From the NCBI GenBank assembly GCA_016204385.1, contig JACQKW010000006.1, positions 1 to 36,125 of the forward strand: a stretch of DNA of 36,125 bases. The letters run 5' to 3'. Both the position numbers and the translations under genes were made by a program. The notes below the pieces were generated by a model. It saw only the letters and a list, made by a program, of their open reading frames with translations, did not search any database and was not told where the DNA came from. Shown piece by piece: positions 7,825-17,464 of this stretch. This stretch comes from Candidatus Liptonbacteria bacterium (GTDB taxonomy: Bacteria > Patescibacteriota > Minisyncoccia > UBA6257 > 2-01-FULL-56-20). Within the stretch, counting starts at the first letter, position 1; every line of letters starts with the position of its first letter.

Positions 7825-9309
7825 ATGCGTAACAGAAAAGGAAAAAAAATACTTTTCGTCGCCACGGAGGCGGCGCCGTTCGTGAAGGTGGGAGGATTGG
7901 GAGAAGTGATGCGATCACTCCCGCGCGCCCTCGGGCGCGTCGGCTACGATGCGCGCGTCATGCTTCCGAAATACGCCTCAATGGACCTCGGGAAATTTCC
8001 GATGACGCGCATCGTCGAAAACCTCCGTTTCGTCCCGGACGCGGAAGATCCGCACGGGCTTTTTGTGTGCAACGTGCTTGCGTACGAGCATAAGAACGGA
8101 AACGGGGCGTATTTTCTCGAAAACCTGGAATATTTTGAAAAACGCGCGAATGTGTACGGCTATGCGGATGACCCGGTGCGATGGGTGCTCTTCTCGAAAG
8201 GAGTGCTCGAATTTCTGAAACAGTCATCGTGGCGGCCGGAAGTGATCGTGGCGAGCGACTGGCAGACGGGGTTCGTCCCCGATTTTCTGAAACGGCAGTA
8301 CGCGCACGACCCCGCGCTCTCCGGGGTGAAGACGGTGTTTGCCATCCACAACATCTATTATCAAGGCATGTTCGACCACCGGTTCGTGTCCGAGACCGCA
8401 TTCGACACGGGGCACAGTACTATCCCGGAGTTCTCGGATCCCCGGCTCTTGCAGTTGAACGGCATGCGGAGGGGGATTCTTCATGCGGATCTTATTACGA
8501 CCGTTTCTCCTTCGTATGCGAAAGAGATATTGAAGCCGGAATTCGGCGAGGGCCTTGAAGAATTGCTTCAGGAGAAACGTTCAAAACTGTTCGGGGTGCT
8601 GAACGGACTTGATTATGAAGAGTTTAATCCCGCAACCGATCCGCACATTCCGCATCCATTCAGCGAGAAAAATTTGCCCGAGCGGCAAAAAAATAAACCC
8701 AAGCTCCAGGAGCGATTTGGCCTTGCGCAGGATCCGAACGCGTTTACGATCGGCATCGTTTCGCGAATGGACGAACAGAAAGGCTTTGAATTGATCATGG
8801 AGATCGCTGACGCGCTTTTTGAGAACTTAGATTTCCAAATGGTGGCAGTGGGAGACGGCGACAACAAGTATCGGCTTTTTTTTCAGGAACTTGAGAAGAA
8901 ATATCCGGGCCGGTTCGGCGGGCACTATTTTTTTGATGCGGATCTTCCGCGGCTCGTCTTTGCGGGAGCGGACGCGGTGCTCATTCCGTCCCGTTTCGAG
9001 CCGTGCGGGTTGGTGCAGATGGAGGCGATGCGCTACGGCGCAATCCCGATCGCGCGGAGCACCGGAGGACTCGCTGATTCGATAGAGAACGTGAGCGGCG
9101 CGAATGGAGTTGGGTTCATGTTCGAGAAATTCAACGCCTACGCGCTACTCATCGCTGTCGTCCGCGCCCGCGAGGCGTTCAATAATAAGGATGAATGGGC
9201 GAAACTGGTTCGGCGCGCAATGAAAAAAGATTTTTCTTGGGAACACTCCGCAAAGGAATATGGGCGGCTTTTTGACCTCGCGCACGCGGAGCAGCCCGAA
9301 CGCACATGA
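7825..9309 (+). CDS. glgA: Glycogen synthase (GT5)
   Basis: EAAPFVKVGGLGEV, IHNIYYQG, SRMDEQKG, PSRFEPCGLVQMEAMRYG. Confidence 0.93.
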   Translation: MRNRKGKKILFVATEAAPFVKVGGLGEVMRSLPRALGRVGYDARVMLPKYASMDLGKFPMTRIVENLRFVPDAEDPHGLFVCNVLAYEHKNGNGAYFLENLEYFEKRANVYGYADDPVRWVLFSKGVLEFLKQSSWRPEVIVASDWQTGFVPDFLKRQYAHDPALSGVKTVFAIHNIYYQGMFDHRFVSETAFDTGHSTIPEFSDPRLLQLNGMRRGILHADLITTVSPSYAKEILKPEFGEGLEELLQEKRSKLFGVLNGLDYEEFNPATDPHIPHPFSEKNLPERQKNKPKLQERFGLAQDPNAFTIGIVSRMDEQKGFELIMEIADALFENLDFQMVAVGDGDNKYRLFFQELEKKYPGRFGGHYFFDADLPRLVFAGADAVLIPSRFEPCGLVQMEAMRYGAIPIARSTGGLADSIENVSGANGVGFMFEKFNAYALLIAVVRAREAFNNKDEWAKLVRRAMKKDFSWEHSAKEYGRLFDLAHAEQPERT

Positions 9310-10721
9310 TCTGGGCGAACTTCCTGCATTTTTATCAGCCGCCCACCCAGAAGCCCTACTGGATAAAACGCATCACCGATGAGGCGTACCGTCCGCTCGT
9401 GCGCGGACTAAAAAGCCGCCCGCACGCGAAACTTTCGCTGAACGTAAACGGCGTGCTTCTTGAGCAGTTTGAACGGTTCGATGCCCGTGACGTGATTGAT
9501 GACTTAGGCGCGCTCCTTCGGCGGGGACAGATCGAGCTTACCGGAAGCGCGAAGTATCATCCGCTTCTGCCGTTCCTCCCGAAAGAGGAGGCGGTGCGTC
9601 AGATAAAACTTCAGGAAGAGACGCTCAAAAAATTTTTTGGCGATGCATGGACCCGCCGCGGATTTTTTCCTCCCGAGATGGGTTTTGATATGAACGTCGC
9701 GCGGACGATTTCCGAACTCGGGTATGAATGGATTGTCGTAGACGAGCTTTCTCACCCCGGAGCAATGAAAAAAACCGCGCCGATCGACTACTCGAAGATC
9801 TATGCCGTCGAGGGGCTGGAGAATCTCAAAATTTTTTTCCGCGAGCGCTGGACAAGCTGGGTCATACTTTCGGGACAGGTGGGCACCGGCGCGCTTCTTC
9901 TCGCCGGTCTCGGGGACCGGCTCAAAAGGAACGAATATCTTTTAACGGCAATGGACGGGGAAACATTCGGACACCATCGCGCGGGCTTGGAGCAGCTTCT
10001 CTTTGAGATCTATGATTCGAAGATTCTCAAGAACGTTTTGATTTCGGACCTTTCCGAACTATTCAACGGGCGAGGGGCGGTGAACCCCGGGCCGTCAACC
10101 TGGGCGCTCATGGAAAAGGATTTGGAACGGAAGCGGCCATTTGCGCGGTGGCGGGACGAGGAAAACCCGATACATGCCATGCAGTGGCAGCTCACGGAGC
10201 TCGCGATTCAGACTGTCGCGGGCGCGCGTAAGGACGCGCGGGGATATGGCGAGGCGAGGAAAAAGCTTGACGAGGCGCTCCATTCGGATCAGTACTGGTG
10301 GGCATCCGCGCGGCCGTGGTGGAGCATCGAGATGATCGAGCGCGGCGCGAAGGAGCTTCACGATGCGGTGCATTCCGCGCCCGGCGTCTCAAGCAAAGCA
10401 ACACAAGGCGCGGACGAACTGTATAAATCGATACTCTTCACCGCATTCGACTGGCAGAGAGAAGGAGTCGTCGAAGCACTTGCGAGCACGGAGGACGAGG
10501 AGATACGCGAGCGCACGGACGCCGGCCTCCCCCGGCTTCCCAAGAAAGAGATAGACAAGATGGTTGCGAATCTGCGGAAGGAAATTTCGCTTTTGGTAAA
10601 GAAGGAAGAATACGAACGCGCGGCGCAGATTCGCGACCGGATCCGCGAACTCAAAAAATATGCGGCAGACGGCAAAGAGGCGCATTTTTCTGCGGAAGGC
10701 TCGCGTGCATGGAATCCGTAA
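9306..10721 (+). CDS. GH57 glycoside hydrolase (amylase/glucanotransferase type) with C-terminal UVR (UvrB/C) domain
   Basis: HFYQP, FFPPEMG (nucleophile Glu), MDGETFGHH (acid/base Asp); tail LRKEISLLVKKEEYERAAQIRDRIREL. Confidence 0.88.
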   Translation: MIWANFLHFYQPPTQKPYWIKRITDEAYRPLVRGLKSRPHAKLSLNVNGVLLEQFERFDARDVIDDLGALLRRGQIELTGSAKYHPLLPFLPKEEAVRQIKLQEETLKKFFGDAWTRRGFFPPEMGFDMNVARTISELGYEWIVVDELSHPGAMKKTAPIDYSKIYAVEGLENLKIFFRERWTSWVILSGQVGTGALLLAGLGDRLKRNEYLLTAMDGETFGHHRAGLEQLLFEIYDSKILKNVLISDLSELFNGRGAVNPGPSTWALMEKDLERKRPFARWRDEENPIHAMQWQLTELAIQTVAGARKDARGYGEARKKLDEALHSDQYWWASARPWWSIEMIERGAKELHDAVHSAPGVSSKATQGADELYKSILFTAFDWQREGVVEALASTEDEEIRERTDAGLPRLPKKEIDKMVANLRKEISLLVKKEEYERAAQIRDRIRELKKYAADGKEAHFSAEGSRAWNP

Positions 10722-12037
10722 CGCCAAAAATACTTTTTGCCGCGTCCGAAGTCGCTCCGTTCGCAAAAGTAGGAGGACTGGGCGACGTTATCGGATCATT
10801 GCCGAAGGCGGTGCATGCGTTGGGCGTGGAGACGGCAGTCGTGGCGCCCCGATACAAGACGGTGGACAAGAAAAAATATCGCCTTACGCTCGCGGGGCGC
10901 GATGCGGCACGTAACATCTTAATCTACCGCGCCCGTCTGCCCGGCTCGCGCGTCCCCGTATATTTTCTCGAGAACCAAAAACATCTCTCGGGAGGCGGCA
11001 TATATTTCTCGAAAACCGCCATAGCGAGCCATCGGAAAGAAATAGACCGCTTTACGTTCTTCTCCCGCGCCGTCGTCGAACTTCTCGCGCGCGGCGCGTT
11101 CCCTTACGTGCCGAACGTGCTCCACGCGCACGACTGGCATACCGCCCGCCTCGTGCGCGGGGTGAAGGAAAAGCGTCTTCCGGTCAAAACAATTTTTACC
11201 ATTCATAATCTCGCGAACCAGGGAATATGGGGAAAAGAAAATTTGATGGGCGAAGGAATACGGCACGCTGACCGCGTGACCACGGTTTCCCCGGCGTATG
11301 CCAAGGAAATCCAGACGCAAGAATTTGGATACGGCCTCGAAAAACTTCTTCGATCAAGAAAACCCCTCGGCATCATAAACGGATTCGATTACCGCGCGCT
11401 CGACACAAAATCTGCCGGGGATGCGGAAAAAGAAAAGCGGAAGCAATTATTTTTGGCGCGCGCGGGTTTGCGCCAAAACACGGGAGCGCCTTTGTTTTCA
11501 TTTGTTGCGCGGCTCGTGGAACAGAAGGGGATACAATGGATCATCCCCGCGATTCCCCGGATGATACAAGAGTGTCGCGCGCAGTTCGTGTGTTTGGGCG
11601 CCGGCGAGACATATTTTGAAAACGCGCTTCGCAAGCTCGCACATCGCTTTCGAGGAAACGTCCATGCAAAAATTGGATTCGATGAAGTGCTTGCAGAAAG
11701 AATATATGCCGCGAGCGATTTTTTCCTTATCCCCTCGCTCTTCGAGCCCTCGGGGCTCACGCAAATGATCTCAATGCATTACGGTACCGTCCCGATCGCG
11801 CGCGCGACCGGAGGCCTTAAAGACACGATTCGCGACGGCGATACCGGGATCCTTTTTGTAAAGAAAGAACAGGCGGCGTTCGAGCGTGCCCTCGAACGAG
11901 CGGCGGCACTCTATCGGGATCGCCGCGAATTTCTCCGGATGCGCGCACGGTGCCGCGCCGAGGATTTCAGCTGGAAGCAGTCCGCGCGCGAATACCTGAA
12001 CGCATATCGCCTGTTGCTCCGCTCAGGCGTAGAATGA
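10709..12037 (+). CDS. glgA: Second glycogen synthase (GT5)
   Basis: EVAPFAKVGGLGDV, HAHDWHT, IHNLANQG, RLVEQKG, PSLFEPSGLTQM. Confidence 0.9.
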   Translation: MESVTPKILFAASEVAPFAKVGGLGDVIGSLPKAVHALGVETAVVAPRYKTVDKKKYRLTLAGRDAARNILIYRARLPGSRVPVYFLENQKHLSGGGIYFSKTAIASHRKEIDRFTFFSRAVVELLARGAFPYVPNVLHAHDWHTARLVRGVKEKRLPVKTIFTIHNLANQGIWGKENLMGEGIRHADRVTTVSPAYAKEIQTQEFGYGLEKLLRSRKPLGIINGFDYRALDTKSAGDAEKEKRKQLFLARAGLRQNTGAPLFSFVARLVEQKGIQWIIPAIPRMIQECRAQFVCLGAGETYFENALRKLAHRFRGNVHAKIGFDEVLAERIYAASDFFLIPSLFEPSGLTQMISMHYGTVPIARATGGLKDTIRDGDTGILFVKKEQAAFERALERAAALYRDRREFLRMRARCRAEDFSWKQSAREYLNAYRLLLRSGVE

Positions 12038-12540
12038 GAATCCCGATGAAAAACCAGATTATTCTTTACGGTGCGCTCTTCGCTGTGCTTGCCGTTCTCG
12101 CGCTCGCGCTTGCGATCGCATCTTCATCAAAGAACCAAGAAGGAGACCTTCCTCGCGGGAAGTTCGTTATCTCACGAGAGGGGAACAATGCCGTGTTTGA
12201 CGTTGAAATTGCAGAACACGCTTTCTCGCTTATGCGCGGCCTCTCGGGGCGCGAGCGCATCGGGGAGAACAAGGGCATGCTTTTTCTCTTCGGCATGCAA
12301 GGCAGGCACGGCATTTGGATGAAGGAAATGAAGTTTCCCCTCGATATCATATGGATCCGGAACGATCGAATCGTGGGGGTAACGGAGAATGCGGTGCCCG
12401 AGCCGGGGAAGAGCCTTTTGGAACTCACCGTATACTATCCGCCGGAGGCGGTGGATAAAGTGCTCGAGGTAAACGCAGGGGTTGCACACGCGCGCGGCGT
12501 GCGTGCAGGGGACGCGGCTCTCTTGGAGCGCGCGAGGTAG
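12034..12540 (+). CDS. DUF192 family protein with N-terminal anchor
   Basis: VEIAE...RGLSGR...GMLFLF...IWMKEMKFPLDIIWI...VLEVNAG; ATGA overlap with the glgA stop. Confidence 0.88.
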   Translation: MRIPMKNQIILYGALFAVLAVLALALAIASSSKNQEGDLPRGKFVISREGNNAVFDVEIAEHAFSLMRGLSGRERIGENKGMLFLFGMQGRHGIWMKEMKFPLDIIWIRNDRIVGVTENAVPEPGKSLLELTVYYPPEAVDKVLEVNAGVAHARGVRAGDAALLERAR

Positions 12541-12571
12541 GCGTATATAATGTAAGAGAAGATTATTTTAT

Positions 12572-12664
12572 ATGGCAAATGCAACGCGCATCGCGATCAA
12601 TGGCTTTGGGCGGACCCCGCACCAAAGCAGAGCTTGGTACGGGGCAAGTCGGACTCAATTTTAA
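12572..12664 (+). pseudogene. Disrupted GAPDH 5' stub (MANATRIAINGFGR...) interrupted by a palindromic insert
   Basis: RIAINGFGR is followed by hairpin CCCCGCACCAA/TTGGTACGGGG (12615-12644); removing 12614-12647 restores RIAINGFGRVG. Confidence 0.7.
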
Positions 12665-12673
12665 CTTTTTATC

Positions 12674-13705
12674 ATGGCTCGAATTGCAATCAATGGTTTC
12701 GGGAGAATCGGAAGATTATTTTTCAGGGCCGCCTTCGGTCAACCTTCGGCGAGCCAAGCAGGCCTTGAAATTGTTGCCGTAAACGACCTAGGCAATCTTG
12801 AAAATCTTGCATACTTATTGAAGTACGACACGGTCTACGACGCGTATGAGAGAGAAGTGGAAGTGAAGGGGGGAAATCTGGTGGTTGCGGGGAAAGGCAT
12901 CAAGGTTTTGCAAATCAAAGACCCCGCACAACTTCCGTGGAAAAATTTAAAGATTGATATTGTAGTTGAGTCCACGGGAGTACTCGAGTCGTACGAGAAA
13001 GCGAAAGTGCACGTGGATGCAGGCGCGAAACGCGTGGTCTTGACCGCGCCCGCGAAGGACTCTGACGGCCACGAGGGAAAAACCGTTTTGATGGGAGTAA
13101 ATGAATATGCGCTAAGTTCTATCGTTCTAAGTTCTAATGGCTCATGCACCACAAACGCCGCCTCGCCGGTAATCCAGATAATGTCCGAGAATCCGGGCAT
13201 AGAGAAGGCGATCCTCTCCACGGTGCACGGCTACACGGCGACGCAATCAATCGTGGACGGTCCCGTGCGAGGGAAAGATTTCCGCCGCGGCCGCGCGGCG
13301 GCGCAGAATATCGTGCCCTCAACCACCGGTGCCGCGATCGCCGTCACCCGCGCAATTCCCTCGCTTGAAGGCAAATTCGACGGCGTCGCATTCCGCGTGC
13401 CGGTAGTTGCGGGTTCTATTGCTGATATCACATTTCTCTCAAAGAGGAACGTGACTGCGGATGAAATAAACGACATCTTCAAAAAGGCGGCGGCAAGCCC
13501 GCGATGGAAGGGGATATTGAAAGTGACGAGTGACCCTATTGTATCCTCGGATATAGTGGGAGAACCCTACGGCGCAATCGTGGACTTGAGTTTCACGAAA
13601 GTCGTGGACGGGAATCTCGTGAAAGTCCTTTCGTGGTACGACAATGAAGCGGGATACGTTTCAACATTACTGAAACACGTTCAGGCAGTCGCGAAGTTTT
13701 TATAA
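12674..13705 (+). CDS. gap: Type I glyceraldehyde-3-phosphate dehydrogenase
   Basis: RIAINGFGRIGR, SNGSCTTN (catalytic Cys), STVHGYT, PSTTGAA, FRVP, SWYDNE. Confidence 0.97.
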   Translation: MARIAINGFGRIGRLFFRAAFGQPSASQAGLEIVAVNDLGNLENLAYLLKYDTVYDAYEREVEVKGGNLVVAGKGIKVLQIKDPAQLPWKNLKIDIVVESTGVLESYEKAKVHVDAGAKRVVLTAPAKDSDGHEGKTVLMGVNEYALSSIVLSSNGSCTTNAASPVIQIMSENPGIEKAILSTVHGYTATQSIVDGPVRGKDFRRGRAAAQNIVPSTTGAAIAVTRAIPSLEGKFDGVAFRVPVVAGSIADITFLSKRNVTADEINDIFKKAAASPRWKGILKVTSDPIVSSDIVGEPYGAIVDLSFTKVVDGNLVKVLSWYDNEAGYVSTLLKHVQAVAKFL

Positions 13706-13733
13706 GTTGAAATGTATCCTGCGAAGGAGGGGT

Positions 13734-13850
13734 CCCGCCTTCGCTTCGCTACGGACGGGCAAGCGGGAGGAGAGTTTAAAGCCGACTTGTCCGCCGGTTC
13801 TCAAGGAGCGGTTTGCTGTATAGCGAACCGCGACGGGGTAAGTTTACCCC
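13734..13850. repeat. Cluster of GC-rich palindromes downstream of gap
   Basis: CCCGC...GCGGG (13734-13767); 10-bp stem 13808-13831; GGGGTA/TACCCC stem 13835-13850. Confidence 0.65.
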
Positions 13851-13920
13851 CACTATTTTCTTAATATGGTGTATAATGTAAATATATTAAAGGTCGTTGC
13901 TTACTCATATTTACAAGTAT

Positions 13921-14430
13921 ATGAAATTTGAAAAGCCGGAGGAACGGCTAAGCGAGGACGAGGCACACGATGAAGCAAATATGCTTCGTGCAAAGCTAGA
14001 GGTGTCCCCCGAGACTGGAGACATTGGAGTGGATATGCGGGGCAGGTTTAGGGAGAGCGGCGAGAGACCGACTGCGGAGGATTATGATAACGCCCTTGCG
14101 GCAATCGAAGAGCTAAGAAAGATAGCCTCCGAAGAACCAGGCGCCGAGAGGATTATTAACAAGCTTAAAGACCTTCCCCTTAAAGCAGCAGCGGGTATTG
14201 AACTTGCGTTCCGCGCACTGGGGATTGGCATAGAAACTTTTTCCATGGCCGGGGCGCTTGATCCCGGGAATAAGGAAGGTGAAACGCTCGGTGGAACGTT
14301 GAAGAGAAGATGGAAGAGAGAGAGGATCACACACGAAAACGAAAGTCTCGGTTTATTCCACGACGCGGAGAATAATCTAAGGGCACTGAAAACAAGAGCG
14401 GAGAGTTTTGGGAAAGAAGAATTGGAATAA
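13921..14430 (+). CDS. Hypothetical charged helical protein
   Basis: Open ORF after TATAAT (13872-13877); start set at MKFEKPEE. Confidence 0.7.
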   Translation: MKFEKPEERLSEDEAHDEANMLRAKLEVSPETGDIGVDMRGRFRESGERPTAEDYDNALAAIEELRKIASEEPGAERIINKLKDLPLKAAAGIELAFRALGIGIETFSMAGALDPGNKEGETLGGTLKRRWKRERITHENESLGLFHDAENNLRALKTRAESFGKEELE

Positions 14431-14635
14431 GGATTAGAAAATGTGCTCGGTCTTTCTAAAGCGCGAGATTGTTCGTCTGACGCCAAGAAAAGCTGATTGA
14501 ATAAGAAAAAAACGGGCGTAGAGCCTGCCTTTTTAACCCATGCGCCGATAGTAGTTATTCACACTACGATGCTATGAATACGTCTCACACAGTGCAATAC
14601 TGAATAGGAAATAACCAAGGTCAAAAAAAACAAAT

Positions 14636-16207
14636 ATGAGAAAAACATTTCTCTCGTTTCTGCTCGCCGGAGCCGTGCTCGTGGGCGGTTTCGGCGTCTC
14701 GCACGCACAGGCCGCAAGTGACCCGCAGATACGAGCGCTGCTTGAGCAGGTGAACTCACTCCAGTCGCTCGTCGAGTCGCTCCAAGCGCAGGTAAAGAGA
14801 GTGTCTCCGCCTCCGCCGCTTGAGCCGCCGACGCTCTACGCCGTCACGAGCACCGCGCCCGTGAGCCCCCCATTATTTATTAGTCCGGTTGCGCCTTCCA
14901 CGGATCCCGTGAGCGTTCCTATTTTTCCCGTGAAACAGCCGCGCGCGTGCGAATTGCCTCGCGCAGTCGCGAAGGGTTTAAAAGGGAATGAGATAAAAGT
15001 ACTGCAAGGATTTCTCGCAATCGATCCCACGGTCTATCCCGAGGGATTTGTCACGGGCTATTACGGAGATCTTACGGATGCGGCGCTCAAGCGGTTCCAG
15101 ATAAAGTACAAACTGCCAGTGACGGGGAAGCTCGATCCGGAAACGCGCGCGAAGCTCGAGGAACGCATTGAGGCGAACAAGTATCTGATTCCTGAATGCA
15201 ATGCGCCGAACGCGGGCGTGGTCGGCATATCTCCTCTCCCCCCGACTCTTACGCCTCCGCCTACGGCACTTGAACCAGTTGCGCCAATACTACGGCGACT
15301 CGAGCCGGTTATCCCAACGCCGCAACCGTTGCCGATTGAGATTACTCCGCTCGCGCCCACTATTACCGTGCTCTCGCCGAACGGAGGGGAGAAATATCTG
15401 ACGGGCAGCTCCATAACTGTTCGTTGGAGTCAGAACTATTCCGTGAGTTCGCTTGTCATCCGCATGTTCGGCGATAACGGCCTCATGTATTATTCGGGAC
15501 CGGCAAGCGGCTTGAATGGCAACAACGAGCGAACATTGCCCCCAGAAGCATCGAATGTGCCCGACGGACAATATCGCGTCAGGGTGTGCGACGAGCAGAC
15601 GCCGAGGAAAATCTGTGACGATAGCGATAACACTTTTACTATTGCTGGTTCTGTAAGGCCCGTGATTAATGTGCTCTCTCCGAACGGTGGCGAACAACTC
15701 CAAATTGGAAGCAACACCACGATAAATTGGAGAACCTCGAGCACGTTGCCCACGGGAAATAACGTCGTGTACCTTGCACTCGAGAAGCCTGGCGATTCTC
15801 CGTTCGTACCGGGCGCGGCTGGCGTGCTCCTTGGCGCGGGCGGACTGCCCACCACGGGTTCGTACACATGGAAAGCAGGGGATTATGTGGGAACGGGCGG
15901 CGTCGCGACCGCTCTGCCGGGAAGCCAGTATCGTATTGTTGCCGCGCTCTACTCCTTCACCACCAACCAAGTGCTTGCGAGGGATACAAGCGATTTACCT
16001 TTCTCACTCATTGCTCCTGCCCCGCTTCCAACAATCACGCCCCAGCCCCAGCCTGAACCGGTCTTTACTCCCACAACCGGCGGCACGCTTGATACGGGCA
16101 ACACAAGAGCGCTCATCCCAACCATCTCCGCAATCTACCAATCCCAGCTCAATGCGATTCGTACGCAACTCGAGGCGATTCTTGAGCAACTCCAGGGTTT
16201 GAGGTAG
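14636..16207 (+). CDS. Secreted peptidoglycan-binding protein with Pro/Thr-rich linkers and two Ig-like repeats
   Basis: Signal peptide ending in HAQA; PG-binding motif LKGNEIKVLQGFL...TGYYGDLTDAALKRFQ...TGKLDPET; repeats ITVLSPNGGE and INVLSPNGGE. Confidence 0.82.
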   Translation: MRKTFLSFLLAGAVLVGGFGVSHAQAASDPQIRALLEQVNSLQSLVESLQAQVKRVSPPPPLEPPTLYAVTSTAPVSPPLFISPVAPSTDPVSVPIFPVKQPRACELPRAVAKGLKGNEIKVLQGFLAIDPTVYPEGFVTGYYGDLTDAALKRFQIKYKLPVTGKLDPETRAKLEERIEANKYLIPECNAPNAGVVGISPLPPTLTPPPTALEPVAPILRRLEPVIPTPQPLPIEITPLAPTITVLSPNGGEKYLTGSSITVRWSQNYSVSSLVIRMFGDNGLMYYSGPASGLNGNNERTLPPEASNVPDGQYRVRVCDEQTPRKICDDSDNTFTIAGSVRPVINVLSPNGGEQLQIGSNTTINWRTSSTLPTGNNVVYLALEKPGDSPFVPGAAGVLLGAGGLPTTGSYTWKAGDYVGTGGVATALPGSQYRIVAALYSFTTNQVLARDTSDLPFSLIAPAPLPTITPQPQPEPVFTPTTGGTLDTGNTRALIPTISAIYQSQLNAIRTQLEAILEQLQGLR

Positions 16208-16223
16208 CGAAGGCGTCAGTTAG

Positions 16224-16253
16224 AAAACGCCCCCGCAGTGCGGGGGCGTTTTT
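16224..16253 (+). terminator. Intrinsic terminator
   Basis: AAAACGCCCCCGC-AGT-GCGGGGGCGTTTTT. Confidence 0.8.
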
Positions 16254-16285
16254 CGGTTTACGCGCGATGAGGTATAATATGAAAT

Positions 16286-16753
16286 GTGGTAATTTATTTC
16301 GGCGCAGACCATCGAGGGTTTGAAATGAAGGAATTCCTGAAAGGAGTGGTGCAGGAATTGGGGTACGAGGTATTCGACGCGGGAAACGCGGTCTATGACG
16401 AGAACGATGATTATCCGGATTTCGCTGCAGAAGCCGCGAAGCAGGTGAGCTTGGACTACGAAGGAAGCCGCGCGGTGCTCATCTGCGGCTCCGGCGCGGG
16501 CGTGAACATCGTGGCGAACAAATATCCGAACGTGCGTGCGACGCTCGGCCTCTCGACCGACCAAGTCTACGACGCGCGGCACGACGATGACGTGAACGTT
16601 CTCTGCCTTTCATCGGACTTCACCGCGAAACCCGACGCCCAGAAGATGGTGCAGGTGTTTATCACCACTCCTTTTGGAGGCGAAGCGCGCCACGAGCGGC
16701 GGCTTGAGAAGATCGCGCAGATTGAAAGCAAGGCGCCCTTCGCGCTAAAGTAA
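16286..16753 (+). CDS. rpiB: Ribose-5-phosphate isomerase B
   Basis: GADHRG, DYPDF, CGSGAG, ANKYPNVRA, FGGEARHERR; GTG start 7 nt after TATAAT. Confidence 0.93.
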   Translation: MVIYFGADHRGFEMKEFLKGVVQELGYEVFDAGNAVYDENDDYPDFAAEAAKQVSLDYEGSRAVLICGSGAGVNIVANKYPNVRATLGLSTDQVYDARHDDDVNVLCLSSDFTAKPDAQKMVQVFITTPFGGEARHERRLEKIAQIESKAPFALK

Positions 16754-16755
16754 CC

Positions 16756-17412
16756 ATGGCACACGCGGTTATCCCTGCGATAAATTGCGAAAACCTGGAG
16801 TGCGTGAAGGATACACTCGACCTCGCGCACGAGTTTCTGCCGGAGGGGGGATGGATACATCTTGATGTCGCGGACGCGCGGTTCACCTATAACCGCACGT
16901 GGGGAAATCCGGAAGAGTGGAAGGCATTACGTTGCGGCTATCGCCTCGAGGCGCATCTTATGGCGGAAGAACCGGAGAAGGTGATAGATTCGTGGCTCGA
17001 CGCGGGAGCGGAGCGGCTCATCGTCCATCTTGAGACACTCTCACTCAATCGCCCCGAAGCAATGGAGTACATCTTGCGCGAATGTAAAAAGCGGAATGCG
17101 GAGGCATTCCTCGCGATCAATCCGGAAACGCCAGTCGAGCGCCTCTACGCGTTTGCAAATAAATTCTCGGGATTCCAGACGCTCGCGGTGCATCCCGGCC
17201 TCGCGGGCCAGAAATTCTATCCGCTCGTGATAGATAAGATAAGAGCGCTTCGGGAAAAATATCCAAAAATGCAAATCGAGGCAGACGGGGGAATCAATGC
17301 AGAAACCGGAAAACGTGCGAAGGACGCCGGGGCGAATATCCTTGTCGCCGCATCGTATGTCTTTGGCGCGATGAATCCAAAAGGAGCGTACCAGGAACTG
17401 CTTCACTTGTGA
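16756..17412 (+). CDS. rpe: Ribulose-phosphate 3-epimerase
   Basis: IHLDVAD, EAHLM, VHPGLAGQKF, IEADGGIN, VAASYVF. Confidence 0.92.
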   Translation: MAHAVIPAINCENLECVKDTLDLAHEFLPEGGWIHLDVADARFTYNRTWGNPEEWKALRCGYRLEAHLMAEEPEKVIDSWLDAGAERLIVHLETLSLNRPEAMEYILRECKKRNAEAFLAINPETPVERLYAFANKFSGFQTLAVHPGLAGQKFYPLVIDKIRALREKYPKMQIEADGGINAETGKRAKDAGANILVAASYVFGAMNPKGAYQELLHL

Positions 17413-17427
17413 AACCGACGCCGATAT

Positions 17428-17464
17428 ACCTGCCCGACTTGCTTGAGAAGCAACTCAGGCGGGT
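17428..17464. repeat. GC-rich palindromic element (same family as the leuS insert)
   Basis: ACCTGCC/GGCGGGT outer stem and TTGCTT/AAGCAA inner stem; left half CCTGCCCGACTTGCTT is 14/16 identical to leuS CCCGCCCGCCTTGCTT. Confidence 0.65.

Noticed and set aside
13706-13860. SRP, 6S, tmRNA or RNase P RNA
   Set aside because: No SRP helix-8 motif or other diagnostic consensus was recognisable; kept only as an unexplained structure.
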